This document shows, piece after piece, positions 56,761 through 64,000 of a stretch of DNA of 64,000 nt. The stretch lies in sequence record DRR378314_95; one strand, given 5' to 3'. The stretch's first letter is position 1; each line of letters begins with the position of its first letter. A program made the position numbers and the translations under genes. The notes beneath the pieces are model-generated. The model was given only the letters and a program-made list of their open reading frames with translations, did not search any database and had not been told where the DNA came from.

Positions 56761-59162
56761 CGGATGCTCATCCCGCATCGCTGGATCTCTCTCTCTGGCC
56801 GTTATCCAGAGCGCCGAATCTGAAATGTCCACGAACCGAACGACTGATAACAAGTATTGTTGAATGGCTGACTCCGGCCCAGAAAGTGGGTCAAATCATT
56901 CAGGCCGACATCGCGTCAGTCTCACCGGACGATATGGCAAAGTATCATCTGGGGTCAGTACTGAACGGCGGAAACTCCGCACCCGGTCGAAGGCAGAACA
57001 CGCCCCTTTCGGATTGGCTCAATCTGGCCGATGAATTCTGGGAAGCTTCCATGAGCGCCGACGGCCCTAGAATACCGATTCTATGGGGAACCGACGCCGT
57101 TCACGGACACAACAACATTGCAGGGGCGACCATATTCCCTCACAACGTCAATCTTGGTGCGGCTAGAGATCCGGACCTTGTTGAAAGAATTGGTGCCGCC
57201 ACCGCATTGGATGTTCGCGCGTCCGGCATGGACTGGACCTTTGCGCCTTCTATCGCGGTCGCTCAAGATATCCGGTGGGGACGAACGTATGAGGCGTATT
57301 CTGAATGTCCTCAGCTTTGTGCCGACTTGGGGGCTGCTCTTGTGCGCGGACTTCAGGGTCTACCCAATCAATCTGAATTTCTCGGTCCTGTGAAAGTCAT
57401 TGCGACAGCAAAGCACTTTCTGGGAGATGGCGGCACTCGGAATGGGACGGATCAAGGCGAAACAATAGCAACGGAAGCAGAGCTGAGAGATGTGCATGCC
57501 AGGGCCTACTATTCTGCGCTTGAGGCGGGCGTGCAAACAATCATGGCATCGTTCTCCAGTTGGGGCGGACGGAAGATGCATGGCCACAAGCCCCTTCTAA
57601 GCGATCTACTAAAAGCGCATCTGGGCTTCGATGGAGTCATCATAGGTGACTGGAACGGTCACGGACAGATTGTCGGAGCAACTCCCACCAATTGTCCCGA
57701 CGCATTAATGGCTGGCCTCGATATCTACATGGCGCCTGACAGCTGGAAGGAACTTCATGCATCGCTTCTGCGCCAGCTGAATTCCGGTGAGATCAGCATG
57801 GAGAGACTGGACGATGCTGTTCGGAGAGTTCTCCGACTCAAGTTTCGGGCTGGCATTTTCTCTGCCCCAAAACCCAGCATACGACCCGGCGCTGCGATGG
57901 GACGTCGCCCAACATTGGCGAACCACGCAAAGCTTGCTGCCGAGGCCGTTCAGAAGTCTGCCGTTCTCCTGAAGAACCGGCACCAAACACTTCCACTGAA
58001 TCCCGTGAAACATGTTCTGGTTGTCGGCGAAGCTGCAGACGACTTGGGAACACTTTGCGGCGGCTGGACACAGTCATGGCAAGGTGGACGCCTTCAACAA
58101 TCCGATTACCCTCACGCCGAAACTCTGCTCAACGGCATTCGGCGGGTTGCAAAGGCCGCTGGAGGACACGTTACCTATGCAACCGGTGGGGAATTTTCAG
58201 AGCGCCCGGATGTCGCGATATTCGTTTTCGGTGAATCTCCCTATGCTGAGTTTCGGGGCGACAGGAATAGTCTGGAATACTCTGCGCCTGATAGTCGAGA
58301 GTTAGAGATCCTGAGACAGTTGAACCAAGACGGCATACCCGTGGTATCGGTGTTCATTTCCGGGCGCCCGCTCTGGACCAATCCTCATCTGAACGCTTCT
58401 GATGCGTTTATCGCCGGATTTCTCCCAGGCACACAGGCTGGCGCCTTGGCCGATCTCATTTTCTCCAATGGCGTTCTCGACTTCACAGGAAAGCTACCCT
58501 TTGCGTGGCCTACTGACACCAATCTGCCTGCGAATCGCGATGGTCAGAAGGGCTCATCTTTCACGTTCCCTTGGGGCTACGGCCTCGGCCTGCGTGAACC
58601 CGGCGACATCCCGAGTTTGAATGAACACAGCGAGCTCTCCACCGCCGATGACCTGACTGTGTTTCAGAAAGGCGTAACAGGTCCGAATTGGTCTATCAAA
58701 CTCGGAAAGGACGGGCCAGCCCAAGCGTGGACCGGCGGCGGAAGAACAAGTGAAGATCAATCCCTAACAGCAAAGACCACAGATGTTGGACAACAGGAAA
58801 ATGCCATCAATTGCACGTGGCACGGGTTCGAATCCTGCCTGTCATTCTATCATTCACCGCTGGATCTCTCACGTGAATTGAATGCAGGGTTTGGCTTCAC
58901 TCTGATCGCATCGCGCGACTCGACTAATTATGAGAGTATTCGACTTCTAGCCTTGTCTGGAGATAGATGGTCTGACATCGGCCCATTGGGCGAACTCATA
59001 GTCTGGTCTGACGATGAAACACTTACCGTATTCGAAATATTGCTTCAGCATCTTCAAAAGGCCGGCACAGATTTAACTTGCTTGCAGGCTTTGGCATTCT
59101 CAGGACGCGATGGCGCACAATTGACCATGCTCCATTTAGCCGTAGAAATGCCGCGCACCTGA
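56757..59162 (+). CDS. GH3 beta-glucosidase/exo-glucanase with no evident signal peptide
   Basis: GTDAVHG, RWGRTYE, AKHFLGDG, nucleophile in IGDWNG, acid/base in PYAEFRGD. Confidence 0.93.
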   Translation: MTDAHPASLDLSLWPLSRAPNLKCPRTERLITSIVEWLTPAQKVGQIIQADIASVSPDDMAKYHLGSVLNGGNSAPGRRQNTPLSDWLNLADEFWEASMSADGPRIPILWGTDAVHGHNNIAGATIFPHNVNLGAARDPDLVERIGAATALDVRASGMDWTFAPSIAVAQDIRWGRTYEAYSECPQLCADLGAALVRGLQGLPNQSEFLGPVKVIATAKHFLGDGGTRNGTDQGETIATEAELRDVHARAYYSALEAGVQTIMASFSSWGGRKMHGHKPLLSDLLKAHLGFDGVIIGDWNGHGQIVGATPTNCPDALMAGLDIYMAPDSWKELHASLLRQLNSGEISMERLDDAVRRVLRLKFRAGIFSAPKPSIRPGAAMGRRPTLANHAKLAAEAVQKSAVLLKNRHQTLPLNPVKHVLVVGEAADDLGTLCGGWTQSWQGGRLQQSDYPHAETLLNGIRRVAKAAGGHVTYATGGEFSERPDVAIFVFGESPYAEFRGDRNSLEYSAPDSRELEILRQLNQDGIPVVSVFISGRPLWTNPHLNASDAFIAGFLPGTQAGALADLIFSNGVLDFTGKLPFAWPTDTNLPANRDGQKGSSFTFPWGYGLGLREPGDIPSLNEHSELSTADDLTVFQKGVTGPNWSIKLGKDGPAQAWTGGGRTSEDQSLTAKTTDVGQQENAINCTWHGFESCLSFYHSPLDLSRELNAGFGFTLIASRDSTNYESIRLLALSGDRWSDIGPLGELIVWSDDETLTVFEILLQHLQKAGTDLTCLQALAFSGRDGAQLTMLHLAVEMPRT

Positions 59163-59171
59163 CGCCAGAAG

Positions 59172-60332
59172 TTAGCTCTGGTCTGGTACGGAGTCCTTCT
59201 TCTGCCTGAACACAAATTTCATCAAACGAGAATCCGAACTGGATAGATCATCCCGGTCGCCGAGAAACTTTCCGAAGCTCTCCAGCCCCTCGACGTTGTC
59301 TGACACAACTTTCGCCATGAGAAGTATTGGCGTCGACAGCAGCATGCCCATGAAAGACCAGACCCACGCCCACAACGCGAATGAAATGAACACAACAACC
59401 GCGTTGAGTTTCAGACGCTTTCCGACCAGTATGGGAGTAAGCAACTGGCCTTCGATTGTATTTAGGACCCAATACATAAATGCTGGCAGCAGAGCTTGAG
59501 CGGTGTTGTCGAAAGTTACGAGTCCCGTCACGAGCGTCACTGCGATGCCGCCGATTGAACCAATGTACGGAATGTAGTTCAGCAAGAATGCACCGAGACC
59601 GAATAATACCGCGTTCGGCATTCCAAGAGCCCACATAACGCAGCCAATAAGAACTCCGAGAGCGGCGTTAATGGCTGTTATTGTGAATAGATAAGTTGAA
59701 AGCTGGTTTTCGATTGTACGCGCCGCCGCAAGAGCTCTACGTTTATCCTTCAGCTTTGGCATCACCTGAACCAGCTTTTCGTAGAACATGTCGCCTGACG
59801 CGATGAAAAAGAAGCACAGAGTTATGGTAATGACCAGCTGACTGATTACTGCTGGAGTCGCCTGCGTCATCACACTGACGAACCCTGGCTCGCGCAACGC
59901 AACAGTCTGTTGCTCTCCCTGCTTTGTCAGGGCCTCGATCTGATCTCCGGCTTTCAACACCGGCTCTATCGTTCCGAAAAGACCACTAAGCTCTCGACGA
60001 ACTTCTTCCGCGAACGTCGGCGCATCGCTAACATATTCTTGCAAGGCTTCGGATATAAAGAAAAACAGCGTTCCGAGTATGATCATGAGACTTATCATGA
60101 TGATACCCGCCGCAGCGCTCGGCGGAATACCGATCCCTCCCAAGGCTCTCCTCACGGGAGAGAACGTCAAGGCCAAGACCAATGCAGTGATGATCGGCAC
60201 AAAGACGCCTTGCGCTACGCTGAGGGTTCCGAGCGCAAGAATCCAAAAAATTCCGGTAACAGCCCAATTGCGAACAACGTCGTGTTTGCCATCGGCGCCA
60301 GACCGGTCGAGTTTGTTGTCGTTTGCCGGCAC
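59172..60332 (-). CDS. AI-2E family transporter
   Basis: YLFTITAIN, LNYIPYIG, IEGQLLTP..GKRLKLN, W.W.WSFMGMLLSTP. Confidence 0.9.
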   Translation of the reverse strand: MPANDNKLDRSGADGKHDVVRNWAVTGIFWILALGTLSVAQGVFVPIITALVLALTFSPVRRALGGIGIPPSAAAGIIMISLMIILGTLFFFISEALQEYVSDAPTFAEEVRRELSGLFGTIEPVLKAGDQIEALTKQGEQQTVALREPGFVSVMTQATPAVISQLVITITLCFFFIASGDMFYEKLVQVMPKLKDKRRALAAARTIENQLSTYLFTITAINAALGVLIGCVMWALGMPNAVLFGLGAFLLNYIPYIGSIGGIAVTLVTGLVTFDNTAQALLPAFMYWVLNTIEGQLLTPILVGKRLKLNAVVVFISFALWAWVWSFMGMLLSTPILLMAKVVSDNVEGLESFGKFLGDRDDLSSSDSRLMKFVFRQKKDSVPDQS

Positions 60333-60359
60333 TCGCGTCTCCTCGGGATACGAATAAGC

Positions 60360-60385
60360 TACGCGTCAATGCCTGCCAAAGTTCC
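60360..60385 (-). promoter_or_regulatory. EcfG/SigT-type promoter of the AI-2E gene
   Basis: GGAAC-N17-CGTA. Confidence 0.6.
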
Positions 60386-60402
60386 TCAGCTGAGCGACAT
60401 AT

Positions 60403-60431
60403 AAAAAAGGCGCCACAACTGTGACGCCTTT
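60403..60431 (-). terminator. Intrinsic terminator after the DUF1328 gene
   Basis: AGGCGTCACA-GT-TGTGGCGCCT-TTTTT on the minus strand. Confidence 0.8.
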
Positions 60432-60451
60432 CTACTCTATCTCATAGTCCA

Positions 60452-60625
60452 TCAGGTTACATTTCGACCACGCACAGCCCTTGCAACGAATGAAAGCACA
60501 AGAAGCACCAGGAATACGAAGAAAAGAATCTTGGCGATACCTGCTGAAGCGCCGGCAATTCCGCCGAATCCCAGAACAGCAGCAATAAGTGCCAGAACGA
60601 AAAATGCTATAGCCCAACCGAGCAT
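60452..60625 (-). CDS. DUF1328 small membrane protein (57 aa)
   Basis: [48 protein letters not shown]. Confidence 0.93.
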   Translation of the reverse strand: MLGWAIAFFVLALIAAVLGFGGIAGASAGIAKILFFVFLVLLVLSFVARAVRGRNVT

Positions 60626-60683
60626 GATGACTACTCCTTCTTTGTAGAAACAGATCGGCGCGTTGCCGATACGATGCCTAACC

Positions 60684-60709
60684 AACTTGGAAAGCGCGAG
60701 ATAAGTTCC
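60684..60709 (-). promoter_or_regulatory. EcfG/SigT-type promoter of the DUF1328 gene
   Basis: GGAAC-N17-AGTT. Confidence 0.65.
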
Positions 60710-60732
60710 ACACTATTTTTTCGACCGGATGC

Positions 60733-60757
60733 GGAACCCGTATCGCAAATCGACGTT
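60733..60757 (+). promoter_or_regulatory. EcfG/SigT-type promoter of the entericidin-like gene
   Basis: GGAAC-N16-CGTT, perfect consensus. Confidence 0.82.
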
Positions 60758-60790
60758 GTTTGACTGTTCGAATTAGAAAGGACACAGATT

Positions 60791-60952
60791 ATGAGAAATA
60801 CAATGAAAATCGCTAGCGTCGGCGCTCTCGGCGCACTCGCAACCCTCCTTGCAGCTTGCAACACGGTCGACGGGGTTGGCAAAGACGTTGAAGCAGGTGG
60901 AGAAGTGATCCAAGATGCTTCCAATGAAGTTAAAGAAGACATCAACGACTAA
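60791..60952 (+). CDS. Entericidin A/B-family lipoprotein (53 aa, not in the ORF track)
   Basis: Translated by hand: MRNTMKIASVGALGALATLLAACNTVDGVGKDVEAGGEVIQDASNEVKEDIND. Has the LAACNTxxGxGKD signature and an AAAGGA RBS. Confidence 0.92.
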   Translation: MRNTMKIASVGALGALATLLAACNTVDGVGKDVEAGGEVIQDASNEVKEDIND

Positions 60953-60974
60953 GTTGGTTCTTAACTGCCTGATT

Positions 60975-61002
60975 AAGCGCGCTCCGAGGGGCGCGCTTTT
61001 TT
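60975..61002 (+). terminator. Intrinsic terminator after the entericidin-like gene
   Basis: AAGCGCGC-tccgaggg-GCGCGCTT-TTTT. Confidence 0.82.
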
Positions 61003-61284
61003 CGTACTTTCATAAGAATCCTGAACCGAAATTCTCCGGCAATGGGCGTTACTTGCCAGACGGCAGCAATAGGACGCGGGATGCTCTACGGCACTGAAGC
61101 CGGCCGCATTTGTTCCAGGCACAGGAACAAACCTGACTGAGCGCCACGATCACCATAGACAACACCGCGCTTACCTTACCGATCCCAATGAGTCGGAACA
61201 ACACTTTCACATTCGCAGAAAGGCCTTGATTGGCACAAGGAGCATCAATTATCGGGCGGGGCATATTGGAATTCATACCCTTTA

Positions 61285-61309
61285 AACGCCGCCCTTCGCT
61301 GACGGTTCC
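61285..61309 (-). promoter_or_regulatory. EcfG/SigT-type promoter with no assigned gene
   Basis: Minus strand GGAAC-cgtcagcgaagggcgg-CGTT (N16), perfect consensus. Confidence 0.72.
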
Positions 61310-61323
61310 CATCTCAACTCGAC

Positions 61324-61348
61324 GGAACATGCGATCAACTACTGCGTT
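61324..61348 (+). promoter_or_regulatory. EcfG/SigT-type promoter of the acidic lipoprotein gene
   Basis: GGAAC-atgcgatcaactactg-CGTT (N16), perfect consensus. Confidence 0.82.
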
Positions 61349-61377
61349 GAACCCTCAGCTACCGAGGACGAAGAAAT

Positions 61378-61641
61378 ATGAGAAACTCCATTTTTGCCGC
61401 CGCTGCTCTATCAGCAAGCATGCTAAGTGCATGTAATTACGATAGCCAATCAGATGGCCTGGAAACACCAGACACAGAGGTATCGAACCCAGTTGAGGAA
61501 GAAATGCAAGAGACAGGCGAAAGCCTGCGGGACGCTGCAGATAATGCAGCCGAGGAGATCGAAGCAGCCAGCGAAGAAGCTGAGAATGCGGTCAACGAGG
61601 CTGGTGAATCGATGACTGAATCTACCGATATTCCACAATAG
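61378..61641 (+). CDS. Small acidic lipoprotein (hydrophilin-like)
   Basis: Lipobox LSAC, E/A/D/S-rich mature part, GAGGA RBS, own promoter and terminator. Confidence 0.8.
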   Translation: MRNSIFAAAALSASMLSACNYDSQSDGLETPDTEVSNPVEEEMQETGESLRDAADNAAEEIEAASEEAENAVNEAGESMTESTDIPQ

Positions 61642-61663
61642 TTTCGAACTAGCGCCAATATCG

Positions 61664-61689
61664 AAGCCCGGACATGGTCCGGGCTTTTT
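61664..61689 (+). terminator. Intrinsic terminator between the lipoprotein and kinase genes
   Basis: AAGCCCGGAC-atg-GTCCGGGCTT-TTT. Confidence 0.85.
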
Positions 61690-61698
61690 GTTAAGATC

Positions 61699-63393
61699 TT
61701 AAAGGTCCATCACCAAACGGTGGGAACATCCTTGACCTGGTTTGGCTTCGGTCGTGAACTCTGCTGAAAGCTGTCTCGCAAAAGCAACCATCAGCTTCGA
61801 CCCAAGACCAGAGCGCCCATCCTTTACCTCATACCCAAGCCCTGTATCCCTTATCTCAAGAGTAACAGTTTCGGAATCCGCGGTCAGATTTACTGCAACT
61901 TCACCGCCATCCTCCTCAAATGCATACTTCATTGCATTTGTGACGGCCTCGACGATAAATAGGGCCATCGGAATCGCATCATCTGCGTCCCGCTGAATAT
62001 CATCATAGGTCTGAACAAGATTGATACCGGATTCGGTCATTCCCAACGCATCCGAAAGATGGTTCAGCAGCCCGGTCAAGAATGGGCGCATGTCAACGCT
62101 CTCCAGTCGCTCGTTCTGGTAAAGTGTCTGATGCACAATTGCCAAGGCATCAATTCTATGTCGCGTTGCGGAAATAGCTTCTTTGGCTTGCGGATCTTTT
62201 AGCTGGCGCCCTTGAAGGTTCAAGAAACTCGTTACGATCTGGAGGTTGTTCTTCACCCGATGGTGAATCTCTTTCACCGCTGCATCGCGGGTCGCAATCG
62301 CTTCTTTCAGATCCCGGTCCCGGTGATCGATATCCTGCGCCATCACTTCCATTGCGCGGGCCAGGCTTCGGATTTCAGAGGGCGCATCAGAGAACGAGTT
62401 GCCCGCTTTGAACTGATATCTACCCGCACCGTATATACGGACCGTGCGCGTCAGTCTGGAAATCCAGCGAAGCACAAGCCCGTCAATCGCCAGCCACGCC
62501 GACAAGAGCGTTACGGCAAAGGCCAAAAGGGGCAACCCGAAGGATGTTGCAGGACGTACAAATAGGTCATTCCATAAACCATATGACGGTCTCGCTATCA
62601 CCGCGTAGATGTTCGAGTCTCCGACGGGTCGAAGGGCTACGTCAACGGTGCTTCCGTCAGTCTCGTCCGCCCGGAACAATTGTGCATCGCGGGTTTCGTT
62701 CACCGCTTCGATCCATTCTTCCGGAATGGAAGTGATGGGCGTATCTCCGAACACACGTCCTGTTTCGTCGGCAATCGCGAGCGAAACGGATTCTGGCAAA
62801 TACCCCGTGCGGACAAGGTTTGCCAGATCGACTGCACCCAGTGCAAATGTGTTTATTCCAGTGAACTCGCCCGTTTCGTTTTCGACGCGCTTGTTCAAGG
62901 CGAACAACCATTCTTCACTTGCGGATCCAAAGAAGGCATCACTTCGCGCAAAAGAATCTCCGCCAGAGCGGAGACGGTCATGCAAGACCTGATTCTCACG
63001 ACTAAGTTTGGGAGAACCGACGGCGGCACAGATCACATCACTCTTTTCGTCGAATGCAACAACATTCGTGAGAGACGGAATATACTCGATCAGTTCGTTA
63101 TAGACCCCACTACATTCTCCGGCTGATAGCCGCGGCTCGTAGAGAGATAGCAACAATTCCGCCTGCTGAAGCGATTGATTCACGCCATCAATTGCTGCGC
63201 CAGCCACGATCACCAGATTCTGAGCCTGACTCTCGCGCACGTCGCTGGCGTCGATGTAAGCTTTAAAGGCGGACAAGAGAAGGACAGGCGTTAGCGCGGC
63301 GGCAAGCGTCAGGACGAGCTTGTTTCGGAGCGGCGCTGCACTTGGGGGTGCGCTGTCTGACCCTATTACTTCTTGATCATCCGACACCGGCAA
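61699..63393 (-). CDS. HisKA_2/HWE-superfamily membrane sensor kinase of the general stress response (PhyK-like)
   Basis: Two TM flanking a Cache-like domain, HAMP, EIHHRVKNNLQ, EAVTNAMKYAF, DTGLG, GLGSKL. Confidence 0.9.
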   Translation of the reverse strand: MPVSDDQEVIGSDSAPPSAAPLRNKLVLTLAAALTPVLLLSAFKAYIDASDVRESQAQNLVIVAGAAIDGVNQSLQQAELLLSLYEPRLSAGECSGVYNELIEYIPSLTNVVAFDEKSDVICAAVGSPKLSRENQVLHDRLRSGGDSFARSDAFFGSASEEWLFALNKRVENETGEFTGINTFALGAVDLANLVRTGYLPESVSLAIADETGRVFGDTPITSIPEEWIEAVNETRDAQLFRADETDGSTVDVALRPVGDSNIYAVIARPSYGLWNDLFVRPATSFGLPLLAFAVTLLSAWLAIDGLVLRWISRLTRTVRIYGAGRYQFKAGNSFSDAPSEIRSLARAMEVMAQDIDHRDRDLKEAIATRDAAVKEIHHRVKNNLQIVTSFLNLQGRQLKDPQAKEAISATRHRIDALAIVHQTLYQNERLESVDMRPFLTGLLNHLSDALGMTESGINLVQTYDDIQRDADDAIPMALFIVEAVTNAMKYAFEEDGGEVAVNLTADSETVTLEIRDTGLGYEVKDGRSGLGSKLMVAFARQLSAEFTTEAKPGQGCSHRLVMDL

Positions 63394-63973
63394 TATCGTC
63401 CGCCTGCCGCATGATGTCGTTGAATGCGTCCTCTGCCTTCATGTTGGAATCATCGCTGAAACCTGCGCCATTTGTCTCAAGAATCTCAACGATCGCCTTG
63501 CGCGCACGGGACACACGGCTCTTGATCGTTCCGACAGCGACACCGCAAATTTCCGCAGCCTCTTCGTAAGGCAGCCCGCCCGCTCCAACGAGGATCAGTG
63601 CCTCGCGCTGGTCGATCGGCAACATGCCCAGCGCATTGCGCATGGCCAAAAGGTCGATCGAGTCTGAAGGATTGCTATTGGAGACCAGTGTAGCTTCTGC
63701 AACTTCAGGGTCGAGCGGCGTTCGCCGCCAGGAACGGCGCTTCTCGGAATAAAACACGTTACGAAGAATGGTGAAGGCCCACGCCTTCATGTTCGTCCCG
63801 GCCTGAAAGGATTCACGCGCATTCCACGCTTTCAGCATTGCATCCTGGGCCAGGTCGTCGGCGAGGGTTGCATCACCGCACAGGCTGCGGGCGAATGCAC
63901 GCAAGTGCGGGATCAGCTCGGCCAGCTCGCGCTTGAACTCCGCGTCGCTCAGCTTTTCCGTATTGTCTGTCAT
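63377..63973 (-). CDS. ecfG: ECF15 sigma factor (EcfG/SigT) of the general stress response
   Basis: IPHLRAFARSLCG..ADDLAQD, GTNMKAWAFTILRN..KRRSWR, QREALILVGAGG..GTIKSRVSRAR. Confidence 0.92.
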   Translation of the reverse strand: MTDNTEKLSDAEFKRELAELIPHLRAFARSLCGDATLADDLAQDAMLKAWNARESFQAGTNMKAWAFTILRNVFYSEKRRSWRRTPLDPEVAEATLVSNSNPSDSIDLLAMRNALGMLPIDQREALILVGAGGLPYEEAAEICGVAVGTIKSRVSRARKAIVEILETNGAGFSDDSNMKAEDAFNDIMRQADDIAGVG

Positions 63974-64000
63974 GGCCGCCCCCTCAGGATTTGTCTGAGG

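Noticed and set aside
60791-60952. Entericidin gene as a toxin-antitoxin system
   Set aside because: Only one family member is present, and its EcfG promoter context fits a stress lipoprotein
60961-60976. TTAA-N8-TTAA as a CtrA box
   Set aside because: Spacing is 8 rather than 7, and it lies in a 3' region next to a terminator
63974-64000. 3' end of nepR upstream of ecfG
   Set aside because: Expected from synteny, and a minus-strand TGA is present, but there are too few bases to support a call
1-64000. CRISPR arrays, IS elements, integrases, prophage, tRNA or rRNA
   Set aside because: No spaced direct-repeat array, transposase/integrase/phage ORF or structural RNA signature was seen by eye

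Overview
Alphaproteobacterial chromosomal DNA, probably Hyphomonadaceae (inferred from gene content, not verified). It has four blocks. (1) 130-33244: a GGDEF diguanylate cyclase followed by one nearly complete Rhodobacteraceae/Fla2-type flagellar cluster. The cluster carries export apparatus, rod, hook, rings, stators, one large flagellin with a duplicated outer domain, flaF/flbT and CtrA-like promoter boxes. Its P-ring gene flgI is broken by an apparent internal deletion plus frameshift. (2) 33282-37680: a divergent orphan PhyR-like anti-anti-sigma regulator, head-to-head with a MASE1-PAS-PAS hybrid histidine kinase that carries an Hpt domain. (3) 37886-59162: a pectin/unsaturated-uronate utilisation locus (TonB-dependent receptor, GH43, FAH-fold protein, PL1 lyase, LacI, DhuI-type isomerase, KduD, KdgK, esterase, TRAP transporter) tied together by a repeated operator TGACACCGGT(G/T)(T/A)C(A/C). 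A second LacI/SSS symporter/GH3 module follows. (4) 59172-64000: the general stress response locus (EcfG/SigT sigma, HisKA_2 kinase, small lipoproteins, DUF1328, AI-2E) with five GGAAC-N16/17-xGT(T/A) promoters. One perfect promoter points into a structured interval with no convincing gene and is a candidate unannotated sRNA. No rRNA, tRNA, CRISPR array or mobile element was seen.
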